64,000 nt of DNA from Epithemia pelagica (Eukaryota > Protista > Bacillariophyta): the NCBI GenBank assembly GCA_946965045.2, contig OX337229.1:2294001-2358000 (forward strand), in the 5' to 3' direction. The stretch's first letter is position 1; every line of letters begins with the position of its first letter. Below are positions 47,383-59,330 of the stretch, piece by piece. The notes under the pieces are model-generated. The model ran no database searches. It saw nothing but the letters and a program-made list of their open reading frames with translations, and was not told the origin of the DNA. The position numbers were made by a program, and so were the translations under genes.

Positions 47383-50300
47383 TGGAGTGTGCCCTGTGCA
47401 TCCGCTGCCGAAGCAGTAAAAATTGATAAAACGAATCTTATTGTTCAATCGAATGCACACGTAGGCACCCATTATAGTTATTCTAAACGTTTCGCACATC
47501 GTCTATGTGCTATGAACACCGACGAATATGGTGTTGAGACCATTGAGCTCACCTGTGAGTTGGACTCACACGCGGACACCTGTGCCGTGGGAAGAGACTT
47601 CGTAATGCTCTCCGAAGCCCACCGCTATATCAGTGTGCATCCGTTCGCGGAGGAATATAACCCGCTGACCAATGTCCCTATTGCGACTGTTGCCACTGTC
47701 TGGACTGACAGCGAAAACCAGTCTTACTTGCTGGTTATCCACCAAGCATTGTTTTTAGGGGACCGTATGGGCAGTTCGTTACTCTGTCCGAACCAGATGC
47801 GTGCCCATGGCATCGTTGTCAACGACGTACCTAAACAGTTTGACCCGCACAGCACGCATAGTATCCACGTACCGGATGCCGATCTCACTATCCCGCTCAC
47901 CATGGCTGGTGTGATAAGTGGTTTCGCCACTCGCAAACCCACTTCTGACGAGCTGGAACACTTGCCACAAGTTGTGCTAACTGCCGATAGCCCATGGCAA
48001 CCTCGTTCTACCGCCTTTGCGGACGCGGAGGAGAAACTGGGTGTAGCTGCCGCTACTGTCGTTCGCAATGGCGATCCGAATTCGATTGCCGCATCCTCCA
48101 TTCCACGACTCATCAAAGCAGTGCGAACGTACCAGCATGCTTTTGCCAATCCATCACCCGATCTGGACGCCGACGCACAAGGCGACGACCTATACGAACG
48201 CTTGATAGCGACGGTCACTGTTCATCCAGAGAAGGAGGAGCCTGATGTAGTCCCGGAGGACAAACGTGAACGTCGGCTGTACATGATCAAGACTGCTAAC
48301 GAGTCTTCCCAATCCGATCCTGCTGGAAAGGGAGTGCTTGACGCAGCCGTACTGTCACAACGTTGGGGCATTGGTTTACCCAAAGCGAAGAATACGCTTA
48401 AAGTGACGACGCAGGCTGGAGTACGAAACGTATTAATCCCATCTGAGCGTAAGGTCCGTAAGAAGGCACCGTGGCTCAAATTCCCCAATGTGAAAGGCCG
48501 TTGGTTCTCGGACGAGATGTTTGCCAAGGAAGTTTCACTGAACGGGGACACGGGCGCCTCGATCTTTACAGACGGCAAAGGATTCGACCACGTTTATCCC
48601 TGGAAGTCGAAAAAGCAACATCCTGAAGGATTGATGTCTTTGATTCACAATGTAGGGATTCCCCAAACAATGGTATCTGATGGTGCCCGAGAATTGTTCC
48701 TAGGGAAGTCCCGTGAAATATGCAACGAGTACCGCATAAAGATGGAGAAAACGGTTCCTTATAGTCCATGGCAGAACGCCGCCGAAGCGAGCATTCGTGA
48801 ACTAAAGAAGGGAGTTGTCAAGATTATGAGGACAACCGGCGCACCACGACGTTTATGGAGCTATGCTCTTAAATGGTGCTCACACGTACGGCAACTCACG
48901 GCATCCGATATCCCTGAATTAGATGGACGTACACCGTTCGAGCATGTAATTGGCTCAACGCCAGACATCTCTCCATTAGCCATGTTCCAATTCTATCAGC
49001 CGGTGTATTATCGCATGCCCATGGCACAGTTTCCCTTCGAAAAAAGACTGATTGGCCGATGGTTGGGTTTAGCCGATGATTGCACCGATGATATGGCCTA
49101 TGAAATCCTAACGCAAGAGGGCAATCATGTCACACGGAAAGATGTGTGGGCCATTCCGGAAGACGACCTGAAGAATCCGACGATTCATCAGCAGTTGTTG
49201 GACTATGATGCCGCTATTCAAACGCAAATGAAAGAGCCGCCATCTGATGGCACAACTGGGAGCGATCCACCCCCAGACCTCTTTGACGAAGGTGAACTTC
49301 TAGAGCCCTTGTTCCCGGAGGCCGAAGCCCTGGAATCCGACGCGTACACGCCGGAGGAACTAGACGAATACCTCACCGCTGAAGTCATGCTGCCGCGAGG
49401 AGGTGAAAGCGCTCGAGCGAAAATCATTGGACGCACGAAAGATGCTCATGGGCGACCTATTGGTGAGCGTGACGCAAACCCAATCCTTGATACCCGGTAC
49501 TACGATGTACAGTTTCCGGATGGATCGGTCGAGTCGTATGCAACCAATATGATCGCAGAGAATCTGTATTCGCAAGTTGACCCGGAGGGTAATGCGTTCA
49601 ACACATTGAAAGCCATTGTGGGGCACCGCAGTGATGAGACCGCAGTTAAGCGAACAGACGCATCGTTCCTTGACGGCACATCACACCACACAACGAAGGG
49701 CTGGGAAATGCAATGTGAACTGTCCGATCAATCGACTGTTTGGCTGCCGCTCAAAGACGTCAAGAATGGAAATATGATTGAAGCCGCCGAATACGCAGTA
49801 TCCACTGGCATCGCAAAAGAGCCTGCTTTCGCATGGTGGGTGCCACGTGCACTTCGCAAACGAGACCGCATTATCAAAAAGGTAAAGTCACGTTATTGGA
49901 AGCGAACGCACAAGTAAGGCATTGAGTTGCCCCACTCTGTGGACAAAGCCCTGGCGATTGACCGCCGAACGGGGACTGACTTCTGGCGTAAGGCTATTGA
50001 GAAAGAAATGAAGAACGTTGGCATTGCTTTCGAATTTCCAGCTGATGGCGAAGTGCCTTCTGGATACAAGCATATTCCCTGTCATATGGTTTTTGACATC
50101 AAATCAGACCTGCGACGAAAAGCACGGTTAGTGGCCGGAGGCCACAAGACTGATCCACCCAAAGAATCGACCTATTCTAGTGTGGTATCACGCGATAGCG
50201 TACGCATTGCTTTTACTATCGCTGCACTAAATGGTCTTGATGTTCTCGTCGGGGACGTGCAAAACGCATATCTCAACGCACCGACTAAAGAGAAGACCTA

Positions 50301-51618
50301 TACCACCGCGGGACTCGAATTTGGACCAGATAAGGTTGGACAACCTGCACTGATAGTGCGCGCATTATATGGTCTCAAAAGTTCTGCCGCAAGATGGCGT
50401 GATCACATCGCCGCAACGCTCCGCGATATGGGATTTAAGATGTGTCAAGCTGATCCGGATGTATGGCTTCGAGCGAACACTCGACCATCTGATGGGTTCC
50501 AGTATTACGAGTATGTTTTGGTCTATATTGATGATCTGCTGATTGTTAGTCATGATCCCAAAACCGTGATGCAGGACCTGCAGAGGCGCTATACGATCAA
50601 GCCTGACAGTATCAAACCACCAGACGAATACTTGGGATCCGAAATACGGCGTTATACCATACCCGGCACGCAAGATCCGTCGAACCGTGATCGTTGGGCC
50701 ATGTCCGCTGACAAGTATTGTAAGCGTGCTCTTGCCGAAGTTGAAACGGAACTGGAGAAATCCGGAGAAAAGCTGAAGTCAAAAGTGACGACGCCGATCG
50801 CCGATGGATATCGCCCGGAATTGGATGCGACTCCTGAACTCGACGCAAGACGTGCAAACTATTACCAAGGACTGATCGGTATTCTCCGTTGGATTGTTGA
50901 ACTCGGTCGTATCGACATTACAACCGCAGTCTCCCATATGTCCCGTTTTATGGCGAATCCACGAGAAGGACATCTCGAGCAAACGTTGCACATCTTCGCG
51001 TATCTGAAGAAGTACGATAAATCCGCCATTGTGTTCGACGACACAACCCCTGACTTCGACGAGTCACGTTTTACCCGACCGGATTGGTCTGAGTATTATC
51101 CTGATGCTGCCGAGCCGATTCCGCCAAACGCACCAGCACCGCGTGGAAACGCTGTCACCACGACTTGCTTTGTCGATGCTGATCATGCTGGATGTCGTGT
51201 CACACGGCGCTCTCAAACAGGAGTCCTATTGTTCTTACAACGAGCACCGATCATGTGGTATTCAAAACGACAAAACACTGTTGAGACGTCTACATTTGGC
51301 AGTGAGTTCGTAGCGATGAAGACTGCCATTGAAATGATTGAAGCATTTCGTTATAAGTTGCGAATGATGGGTATCCCGTTGGATGGAGAGACAAATGTGT
51401 TTTGCGACAATGAATCTGTGTTTAAGAACTCGACGCAGCCGGAATCAGTCCTAAAGAAGAAGCACAACGCAATTGCTTATCATCGGACTCGTGAAGCGCA
51501 AGCTGCTGGACTTGTGCGCATTGCATGGGAAGAAGGTGAAACGAATCTTGCCGATATCCTAACCAAACTGCTACCCGGACCTCGATTGCGATTCTTGGCC
51601 CAACGTATCATGTGGTAG
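47383..51618 (+). pseudogene. pol: Copia B+ pol with TAT>TAA at 49915-49917
   Basis: Same motifs as B-; HK*GIELP here versus HKYGIELP in B-. Confidence 0.93.
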
Positions 51619-51740
51619 CACCCCTTTTAGATCCAAAATGGGATCGCCCCCCTTTTTAGAATAGTCCGACGTACTGGACCGGCCTCTGCTGACATGACGA
51701 ACTAAACGAAGTTGCCCACCCCGATTTTGTTCGCGGGGAC

Positions 51741-51980
51741 TGAATAAATAATCACGGGCGCCCCCTTTGTAACCTACGAAGGGCCTCGCCATGCCTCGCT
51801 ACGCACCGCCTGGCATCGCCCGGCCCCTAGTTATGTGTTCGCTAGTGGGTACCGTGGTCGCTATTTGGCCCCTACGTGAGCGATTTGCCCCCAAAGGGCA
51901 CCCCTAGTTTAGTCATCATAATTTCTGATAGTTTGATTGTTGCAAGCCGTATATTGCGTCTGTCCGTCAGTTTTTATTCA
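51741..51980 (+). repeat. 3' LTR of copia B+
   Basis: Direct repeat of 44572-44811. Confidence 0.95.
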
Positions 51981-54859
51981 AAACAAAGTACACGGACGAT
52001 ATCCTATCGGGTTGATTAAAAATCGAAAAAAGCTGCTGTTGTCCTTCCTCCGAGGTACGAAGCGTGATGTCGTTGAGATGAGGCCAGTGATAAGAGAAAC
52101 TATCCACGAGTTGGGGGGGGGGGGGGGGGGGAGGTGGGCCGAAGTTCGGTTTACCACAATAGTCGAAGATGGGCGGAATGGCACACATTCGGCGCGGCCA
52201 ATCTACTCGTGTGGGAAAGCATTTTGGTGGTAGTTGGGTCAAAGGGGGTGAAATCGCAATATCGATGGTTCGGTCATATAGGGCTGTGGTCCCCCGTCCA
52301 GAGGTACGGTAGCAGAAGAAAGTCTCGCCGTGGCCACGAATAATCACTTCTTGATCATTGGTAATATTGTAATAAGTAGGCCAGAGCCGTTCGGCTTGGC
52401 GACTGATTTTGTTGGAAGCGAGAGCAATACCAAGTTTCTTGCCTTTTAAGACCAGACTTCCAAACTAGACGACCCGTCGGGAGCAGCATTGCATCCGAGT
52501 GTTCTGGTGGCGACAGAGCAATCCATGTGCCGTAACGTGGTTGTCGTGTTATCATCACTGTTGGTAAGCGAGACAGAGATACCTTTTGTCCTTCATGAAG
52601 AGCCGAATATTGTTCACACTGAGGCATCAATCGTCGAGACCAAAGGATGCCGAGTCCTGCATTCCACAAACCGTCAAAGATATGTATGACTCTTAACCGA
52701 TCGATCTTCGGGTCGCCCGGGTCTTTCTCGAGCATAGTGTTGTGGACGGTGATCCAGCGGTCAGCCACGTGTCCCAATTTGAAGGAAGTAGTGAGCACAC
52801 GACCCATGATGCCAAATAGATACGCGCAGCTGTTGGCGGCAGGTGCTTGTTGTGAGACAGACTCCGCCTGAGTGACAATGCGATCACCCAAGGTACGGTC
52901 GGGGGCCGCTCGTGGAACAACGACAGAATCGGGGCATAGAGCTTGAACTGCGGTTGGAGTATTATCTGGCTTTTTTACATCCAGAAGCAACAAGGACTTG
53001 TAGTGGCCCAGATGGACACCGCTGGGCGAGGTGGATGTCGACTCGTTCCATCTTTGGAATTTTTGTCGGAGGTCAGCTCCGGTTATCTTGTTGGAGATTC
53101 TGGGAAGGTCGGAACCTTGGAGTTGTTGTAACAAGGCCGTCGTAGCGGGCGTGGTATTGTCAAGGGCCAATGCTCGTTGAATACCTGCATGGCCATGACA
53201 GGCATTGCGACCTAAGCACTCTAGAACGGGGCCGTGGGTAAAGGGTCCCCGAGCTTGGCTGAAATGTTTTGGATTCCTTTGAATAAGACGTGGGCCGATG
53301 TGTTCTGGGTCGTGGAGCCATTCATAATCTTTGGTTGGGTGACAGTCAGGATCCAAAATGGGGACTTTGAGTGATGCCAGTCCTCCCCCTGATTGGTGTT
53401 TCTGAAGCATCGTTCTGAACCGGTAAAAGACCCGTTGGATAGACTCGACGCCTAATAGCCCGGCTAAGACCACGGATTTCTTTTGATCCAACACATTGGC
53501 CCAATATTCTGCCCGGGCTTCCAAGAACTCTTCTCGAAGCAACACTGCTTTTCGCTCACATTCTGCGAGGTACCCTTTCGCTTGACGAAGATGACGCAGC
53601 AAGATCGTTCTAGTAGGTTGTCGCGTAAACTCCGGCGGGTCCCATTGAGCTTCTGATGCCAACTGTGCTCTCTCATGAGCAAACGACCGTCCGGTACGGA
53701 GCTCTGATATCCATATGCGCCAAAGGCGTACCCGCCTTCGGGCATTTACCAATGTGGGTGACCAAGGATGGGAATGGGTAGCGCCGCATTTCTTTTCAGC
53801 CAAGAGCATGCCCCTTGTCAAATCTTCCACCAAACCGTTAAGAAGCTTGGGTATATCGGGATGAGAAGGATTCGTGATGGCCAGTTGTTCTAATTGTTCG
53901 GATCTTGGGAGCAAGTTGTGTTGGTCCGAATATTCATGTACCAATCATCGGTACTGCATCGCGTGTTCGATCCGGTGTGAGTGTAAAAGCCGTGTAGCAG
54001 TAATATTGACAGGTGTCGGCTGGCCGCCGAAGAATTGTTTGACATCAAGATCGACAAATAAACCGCGATGATCAGACGAAAAGAATTCATGATAAGCAGA
54101 AATGCCGGCTCGTGCCGTGCAATTTGCTATAAGTCGGGTGCCAAAAATGTAGTCCAAGCGTTTGGAACCGCGTTGAAACGTGCCGGGTGGAGCTGCATAC
54201 AAGGACGAATGGCGAAGGAGATGTAAATCGGTCAGTTGGCAGTCCTGAACAAACTGAAGGAGCTGACTGTTCCTGTCATACATGCTTTCATTAGCATCCA
54301 ACATTACTATGACTTCGTAGTCATCGTGGACGAGACGTGCCAGTTCTGCTTTGAGATCGACGAAGAATTGCTGTCGGGGGTCTGGGTTCCGTTGAGGTTG
54401 CTGTGTACGTAACATTTGCCATTGTTGCATGAACGCAGTGCGGCCGCCGGCCTGACTAGGGTCTTGAGCACAAACGCGATACGCAGAGATCACAGCCAGT
54501 TTGCTACGGTGCTTCCCGCGGATGAGCAAAGTAGACCAGCGGCCCAAATGGAGGGGGTCCGAGAGTCTTCTGCACCGAGGTTGCCATGTACCATGTGCCA
54601 GGACGCATGTGCCGCCCGCTTTGTAGTAGCTGTTATAACGGATGCTGGATGTGGCGGTAGACAGCGTACATGGTTTGAGGACTTGATTGAATTGACAGAA
54701 GATAGCATGTTGAGCTTCCGAATTCCGCCAGTCGATGTTGGTCTCTGCCAGGCCCAGGACGTCGATCTCCGCGCCGAGAGCAGTGATGGCCATAGACTGA
54801 ACATGACTAAATTCCGATGCCGATTTCAGGCCGTTGATGTTTTGAAAATATACTCGCAT
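51981..54859 (-). pseudogene. LINE ORF2: AP endonuclease and RT with a stop at 53945-53947 and internal deletions
   Basis: MRVYFQNING...GLAETN...LDANE...RLDYIF...SDHRGL (APE); WNESTSTSPSGVHLGHYK and MLEKDPGDPKIDRLRVIHIFD (RT start); RTLG...PDG downstream. Confidence 0.88.
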
Positions 54860-55049
54860 ATGATGTTCTTGTTTAGGAATACATGGGTCGCCCCAGGATT
54901 CATTCGATAAAATGTTGTTAGGGTAGTTAGGGAAGTCGTGGATGCTTGTCTGAATGATAGTGGGTGGGATGGATGGGTCTGGATCTGGTGGTGGTGGTGG
55001 TGATGGTGGTGGTGTACGAATCGAAAAGGAAGGAGACTCGGGTAGTCGC

Positions 55050-57027
55050 CTATGATTGTTGCCTTGGGGGATTGGGTGCCGCGGGGGGTCGAGCGGCTGG
55101 GTTGGTGTTGGAAGGTTGTTCCGTTGCAGAGGTGTTCCGAGGTGGGGAGGAGGAAGGTTGATGGACACTCCCGGGCCTGGAGTCACTGATACTGGGCCGA
55201 CGACGGGCGTAAGGGTTGATGATGGTACTGGACGGCCGGCGCTGTGTGGCAGTAGCCCCAGCCACATCATCCCGGTTAGCCATAACCCGAGGTAAGGAAA
55301 CCGAAGGTGCCACCGCCGGCGGGGTCGGGGCGGAGCTGGTTGATGGTGCCGTATTAGTTGCCGTGTTTGTTGGAGGGACAGTTGGAGCAGGTACCTGGGG
55401 AAAAAGAGTAGTCGGGGCAGGTGGTGCATTCTGTGAGTTGGTGGCCGGGTTGGGGTTGTCGTCCGGAACATGGATAGGGGACGAGTTCTCAAGAGCATAT
55501 TGGGTGTCCGGAGAGAAGGGTGGACAAGTTCGCTTGTGTGGAGGACTGTTGGTGTCCGGATCGTTTCCGGAAGACGATTCACGGGGGCGACTGCTAGACG
55601 GACGATTCGGAGTTTCCGATGTTTGGACTTGAGAATGGATGACGATTGCTGTGGAGTTGACTGGGGGAGTGGGGACTGGATTGTCAGTATTGACCGCCGT
55701 AGGAGCTTGTGGTTGGACTGGAGGGATAGTTGGACTGGGGGTAATTGCCGGAGGTGGTGTATCAGCCAAAGGTTGTTGGCCGCGGATCAAAGATGCAAGA
55801 GACTCAAACTGTTGCTGCGTCGTCTGAAACAACCGGTCAAGAGCAGTCGACACTTGGTGTTGATTTTCGCTATGTTGTTGTTGCGTAGCTTGGATAGCTT
55901 GGACCTGATCCTGAATCTTGCCGTGATTGGTAGTGAGTTCCTCCTGACTGGTTCGAACGGAAGTTAGTTGAGTAGCCTGGCTTGAAACCTGATGTTGTAA
56001 GGATTTTAATTCCGCTTGGAGTGACTTCGACTGGGCGGTCTGAGCCTGGAGTTGTGTTTCCAGCTGAGTCACCTTGTTCTCGAGAGCTGCAGAAATAGTC
56101 GTCGTGGCAGAAGTTAAGGCTGTCGATTGTGAAGAAGAAACTGTCAAAGCATCAGCGTAGGAAACCTGTTTCTTCTTGAACGAGCGAGAGTTCCGGGATG
56201 ACGGGGGAGCAGTAGGATTCTTGAACACCGGCTGCCAGGGGCTGACTAGCTCTGGGAATGTTTGTTGATCAATCATAACACGGACTGCGGGCTTCTTTGT
56301 CTGGGGACAAGCTCGACCGGCCGGGAGAGTCATGTTAAGACCAGACGCCTCCATGTTAGCTGCTCGTGCCTTGTGATCCGCTCTGATAGCATGGCGAAAT
56401 GGCTGTCGGCAGACATCGTTGGGAGAGAAGTCTTGATACGTATCGACTGCTCGGTACAGAGAAGCAAAATGGTCGTCAAAGCATTCACTGTTGCGTTGCA
56501 AGAGATCACTATGACACAAAAGTTTCCACGAGCCAAAGTGAGATTCAGGTTCAATGGCCATAAATTGCGGTGTGTTTTTGGGGTCATTCACGAAGTGGGA
56601 GAGGTACCATAGCGTCTGTGAATCCGGAGTAGTTGTTTAGGTTGTCAACAGGGACTCGACCTTTGAGAACTTGGCCCGACGCATTATGGACTAGGATATA
56701 GGACGTATCGCTGAGAAAGGTTTGTTGTTCGGCCACGCAAGCCCGAAAATGGTCTGGGCTGTCGTTACGGAGTTGATACGGGGCGAAACGGCCAAGCGAC
56801 CAAATATCCTGAGACGTCAGTCCTTCCAAAAGGCACGTAAAAAGGTCCAAGTGATCTCTAGAGCATCGAAACTCAATGGCCTCGGCGGAAAGGAACTTGG
56901 CTTGAGGCTTGGAACCAAGCATAAATACCAAGCTGTTCACTTCCTCTCTGCTCTGCTCTGCGTACCATTCATACACAACTTCAAACCGTGTAGTTCTTTG
57001 GATATCAAAAACCTGATTCTCCCCCAT
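55050..57027 (-). pseudogene. LINE ORF1 (coiled-coil and Pro-rich), frameshift near 56585, 5' truncated
   Basis: Lies directly upstream of the APE; SYADA motif followed by a heptad-like Q/L stretch. Confidence 0.7.
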
Positions 57028-57179
57028 CTAAACAGCAGACAACAGGTACTGGCTTCACCATTAGACTCATTATTAATTTATTTAGATTTTGCATCCATAC
57101 CAGGAAACACAAAACCAAACTATTCTTTGATGATTTTCTCTTTACTCAAAGATTGTCCCAGTCATTGATCATTTTTTGT

Positions 57180-57750
57180 CAAACATTTAGAATGACAGGA
57201 GCAAAAGTGTTACCAGTCCTGCTGGGCACGCAGCACAGCAGTGCAACTCACAATGGTGTGGTTCTTCTGTGGATGAGATTGATGTTTTCTATATTCCTTT
57301 TGTTAGAAGATAAAAAATGTACATCTGTTGTCTCTGATCGGTTGCACCATTTGTTTGCCCGAACTGGAAAACTCAGTTAGTGCACAGCCCTAGCACAGCT
57401 ATCCTGGGGCTTAAGGCATGGGCACAGATAGATTTGGAAGAAAAATGTCAGAAGGCACTTACACCACAACACCTTCGGTACATGTGGGAGTATGCCGCCA
57501 AGCAAAACAACGTAACTGGTCGACAAGTCCGGGCACCATCCAGACTGTCCCTGGTGGCTAACCATTGTTGTTTCATGGCACAAGATATAGCAAAAACCTT
57601 GGCCGACTACCATCCTTTGGCGTTGTTTCAGATGATGGGTACGCCCCCGTATCGGTGTCATGCCCTTGCATATTGCTCTTCAACAAGAAGACAAAGACAA
57701 ATTCATTCAGGCCATGGTCAAAGAGCTCAAACAACCAAAGTACACTGCCT
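57180..57750 (+). pseudogene. Degenerate copia integrase and RT-start fragments
   Basis: MPLHIALQQEDKDKFIQAMVKEL, and an HNGVV remnant upstream. Confidence 0.55.
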
Positions 57751-58145
57751 CAAACTCCAAAAAGAATTTAAAGTGACCTTTCTCCCAAATTTTGGCGTGA
57801 ATTGCTCCATTCCTAACGCAGTGGTGCTCGATAAACGTTGGCCGTCAGTTCTTGGGTGCTCGTCTTGGTTCTGTTGGGCTGCGTTTCTTCGTTTCCTTCG
57901 TTTTTGCTGTCGCTGTTGAGGTTGTTGGTGTTTTCTTCTCCCGTGGTGTCGGTCTTGTTGGCTTGGGTGGATTCGGTGGTGGTGGTCTCGTTGTTGGTGT
58001 TCTCTTTTTCTGTGTTTTTTCTGTGTTTTCGAAGTTTTCCTTGTTTTTGTTTTCGTTGGTGGTTTGTTTGTTGGTTTGGTGGTCAGGGTTTCGTCTTTAG
58101 TTCCCCACTAAAGGTGCCGCCTCGGCAGCCGATGTGGTCGTGGAA

Positions 58146-58310
58146 GTCTGTGTCCTGTAGTTTCCTGGGCAGGTGTGGGGTGAGGATGTCTCGGATGGCC
58201 TCTGTCAGGCTTAAGAAGCCAAGTCTGTCTGTGTCCTGTAGTTTCCTGGGCAGGTGTGGCATGAGGATTTCTCGGATGGCCTCTGTCAGGTTTAGGAAGC
58301 CACGTCTGTG
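58146..58310. repeat. 81-bp tandem duplication (27 aa on the minus strand)
   Basis: LTEAIR(E/D)IL(M/T)PHLPRKLQDTD x2. Confidence 0.85.
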
Positions 58311-58319
58311 TTTCACCGC

Positions 58320-58562
58320 TTGGGCCGGGATGCCTACTACTATCCCGTGGGTGTCGCTGCCTGCCTCCAGAAGGAGTATGAGGCACACCTACATAACAAC
58401 TTTCTCGACGGCCACAACATATATCCTACTGATCTCGCAAGTGCCCGTGCTATCATCAATGCACGAATGGGCCGACGTGAGTTGAAGACCAACAACAGCA
58501 ACAACAACAACAACAACACAGGAGGAACTGGATCGACCCAAGGCAGCGAGAACACAGGATAG
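58320..58562 (+). pseudogene. Copia gag fragment
   Basis: LHNNFLDGHNIYPTDLASARAII resembles the L.N.Y..G...YP..L..A motif. Confidence 0.5.
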
Positions 58563-58999
58563 GCTTATCCGACCTCAGGCGAAGTAACGCCACCAAGGTG
58601 ATCCCAGGGGGACAGAAGCGCAATCATTTGTTGAGTTTAGTCCTCTGGGACATCACCGATGAACATGGTTCCCCAGAGTGAGTCCTTTCCTCATCTTTGT
58701 TTAAGAGGTTTTGTGCAGGTCTTGAGGTTTCCTGGGCTAGTTGGCCCGAATACACTTACTACTGGGATGGCAAACAGTTGGTTGTGTTGTTGACTGCTAC
58801 TCCGAATATCATTACACGGCGTAGTCTTGTAACAACAACAGCACATCGCTGATTGTCGAATAAGTGGTAGACATGTAAAACTTACGGCCTGTGGTTGTCT
58901 TTATTGCTTCGCTTCTGAGCCTTCTACGTACCTACATAGAGATTCCACACGACGCCAACGAGAATATATTCCATCTCAGAGAAAGAAAGGTTCTCTTGT

Positions 59000-59330
59000 T
59001 CATGGAAAAGGAGCTAAATGATCTTGAAATTCAAGACATGCGTCACATGCAATTTGCTTTGATTTGAATATCTGATCCCGGCCTTGCCTAATTGTGACCG
59101 AACTTGGAATCAAGAGAGAAACATGAATAGTTGCTTCATGTGTTGCAACCATTTCATCAGATGATGCATTACGGCAATCACCTTTTTGAACCAACCGATA
59201 ATGGTCCATCCGCCATTATGATTGACATGATCCAACATGTCTTTAATCAGTTCACGAATTTGTATTGTGTATGGGATTGTTATTGACTTTAAACCAAAAC
59301 AAATTCTTGAGTCAGACAAAAAGATGTCTT
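59000..59330 (-). pseudogene. Frameshifted remnant of an uncharacterised protein (NHNGGWTIIGWFKKG...HVSLLIP)
   Basis: The motif is split over two frames; family unassigned. Confidence 0.35.

Larger units (their letters stand above)
44572..51980 (+). mobile_element. Ty1/copia 'copia B+', sister copy with a pol nonsense mutation; 4-bp TSD AAAC
   Basis: 240-bp LTRs at 44572-44811 and 51741-51980 (2 differences seen); AAAC at 44568-44571 and 51981-51984. Confidence 0.97.
23230..57027 (-). mobile_element. Decayed non-LTR retrotransposon (APE-RT-RNase H, Ambal-like tentative) split by four insertions
   Basis: Segments are 57027-51981, 44571-44385, 32763-31771 and 23736-~23230. The reading frame rejoins across the copia A site (MAQQLY|RDSNSL) and across the YR element (FEELRH|YSYYGNEW). 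The 3' end is approximate. Confidence 0.85.

Noticed and set aside
33557-51980. A single composite transposon with giant TIRs, or an inverted segmental duplication
   Set aside because: Each arm has its own LTR pair and its own different TSD, and the flanks are not duplicated.
6921-53947. RIP-like CpA>TpA process explaining the many TAA/TAG/TGA stops, the TA-start LTRs and the TSD mismatch
   Set aside because: Sampled B+/B- differences are mixed (CpG transitions, other transitions, transversions), and B- keeps intact ORFs and identical LTRs. A full mutation-context count would be needed to revive the idea.
57838-58485. 215-aa hydrophobic plus-strand ORF resembling a membrane or env-like protein
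   Set aside because: The hydrophobicity comes from reading the antisense of an A/C-rich low-complexity tract.
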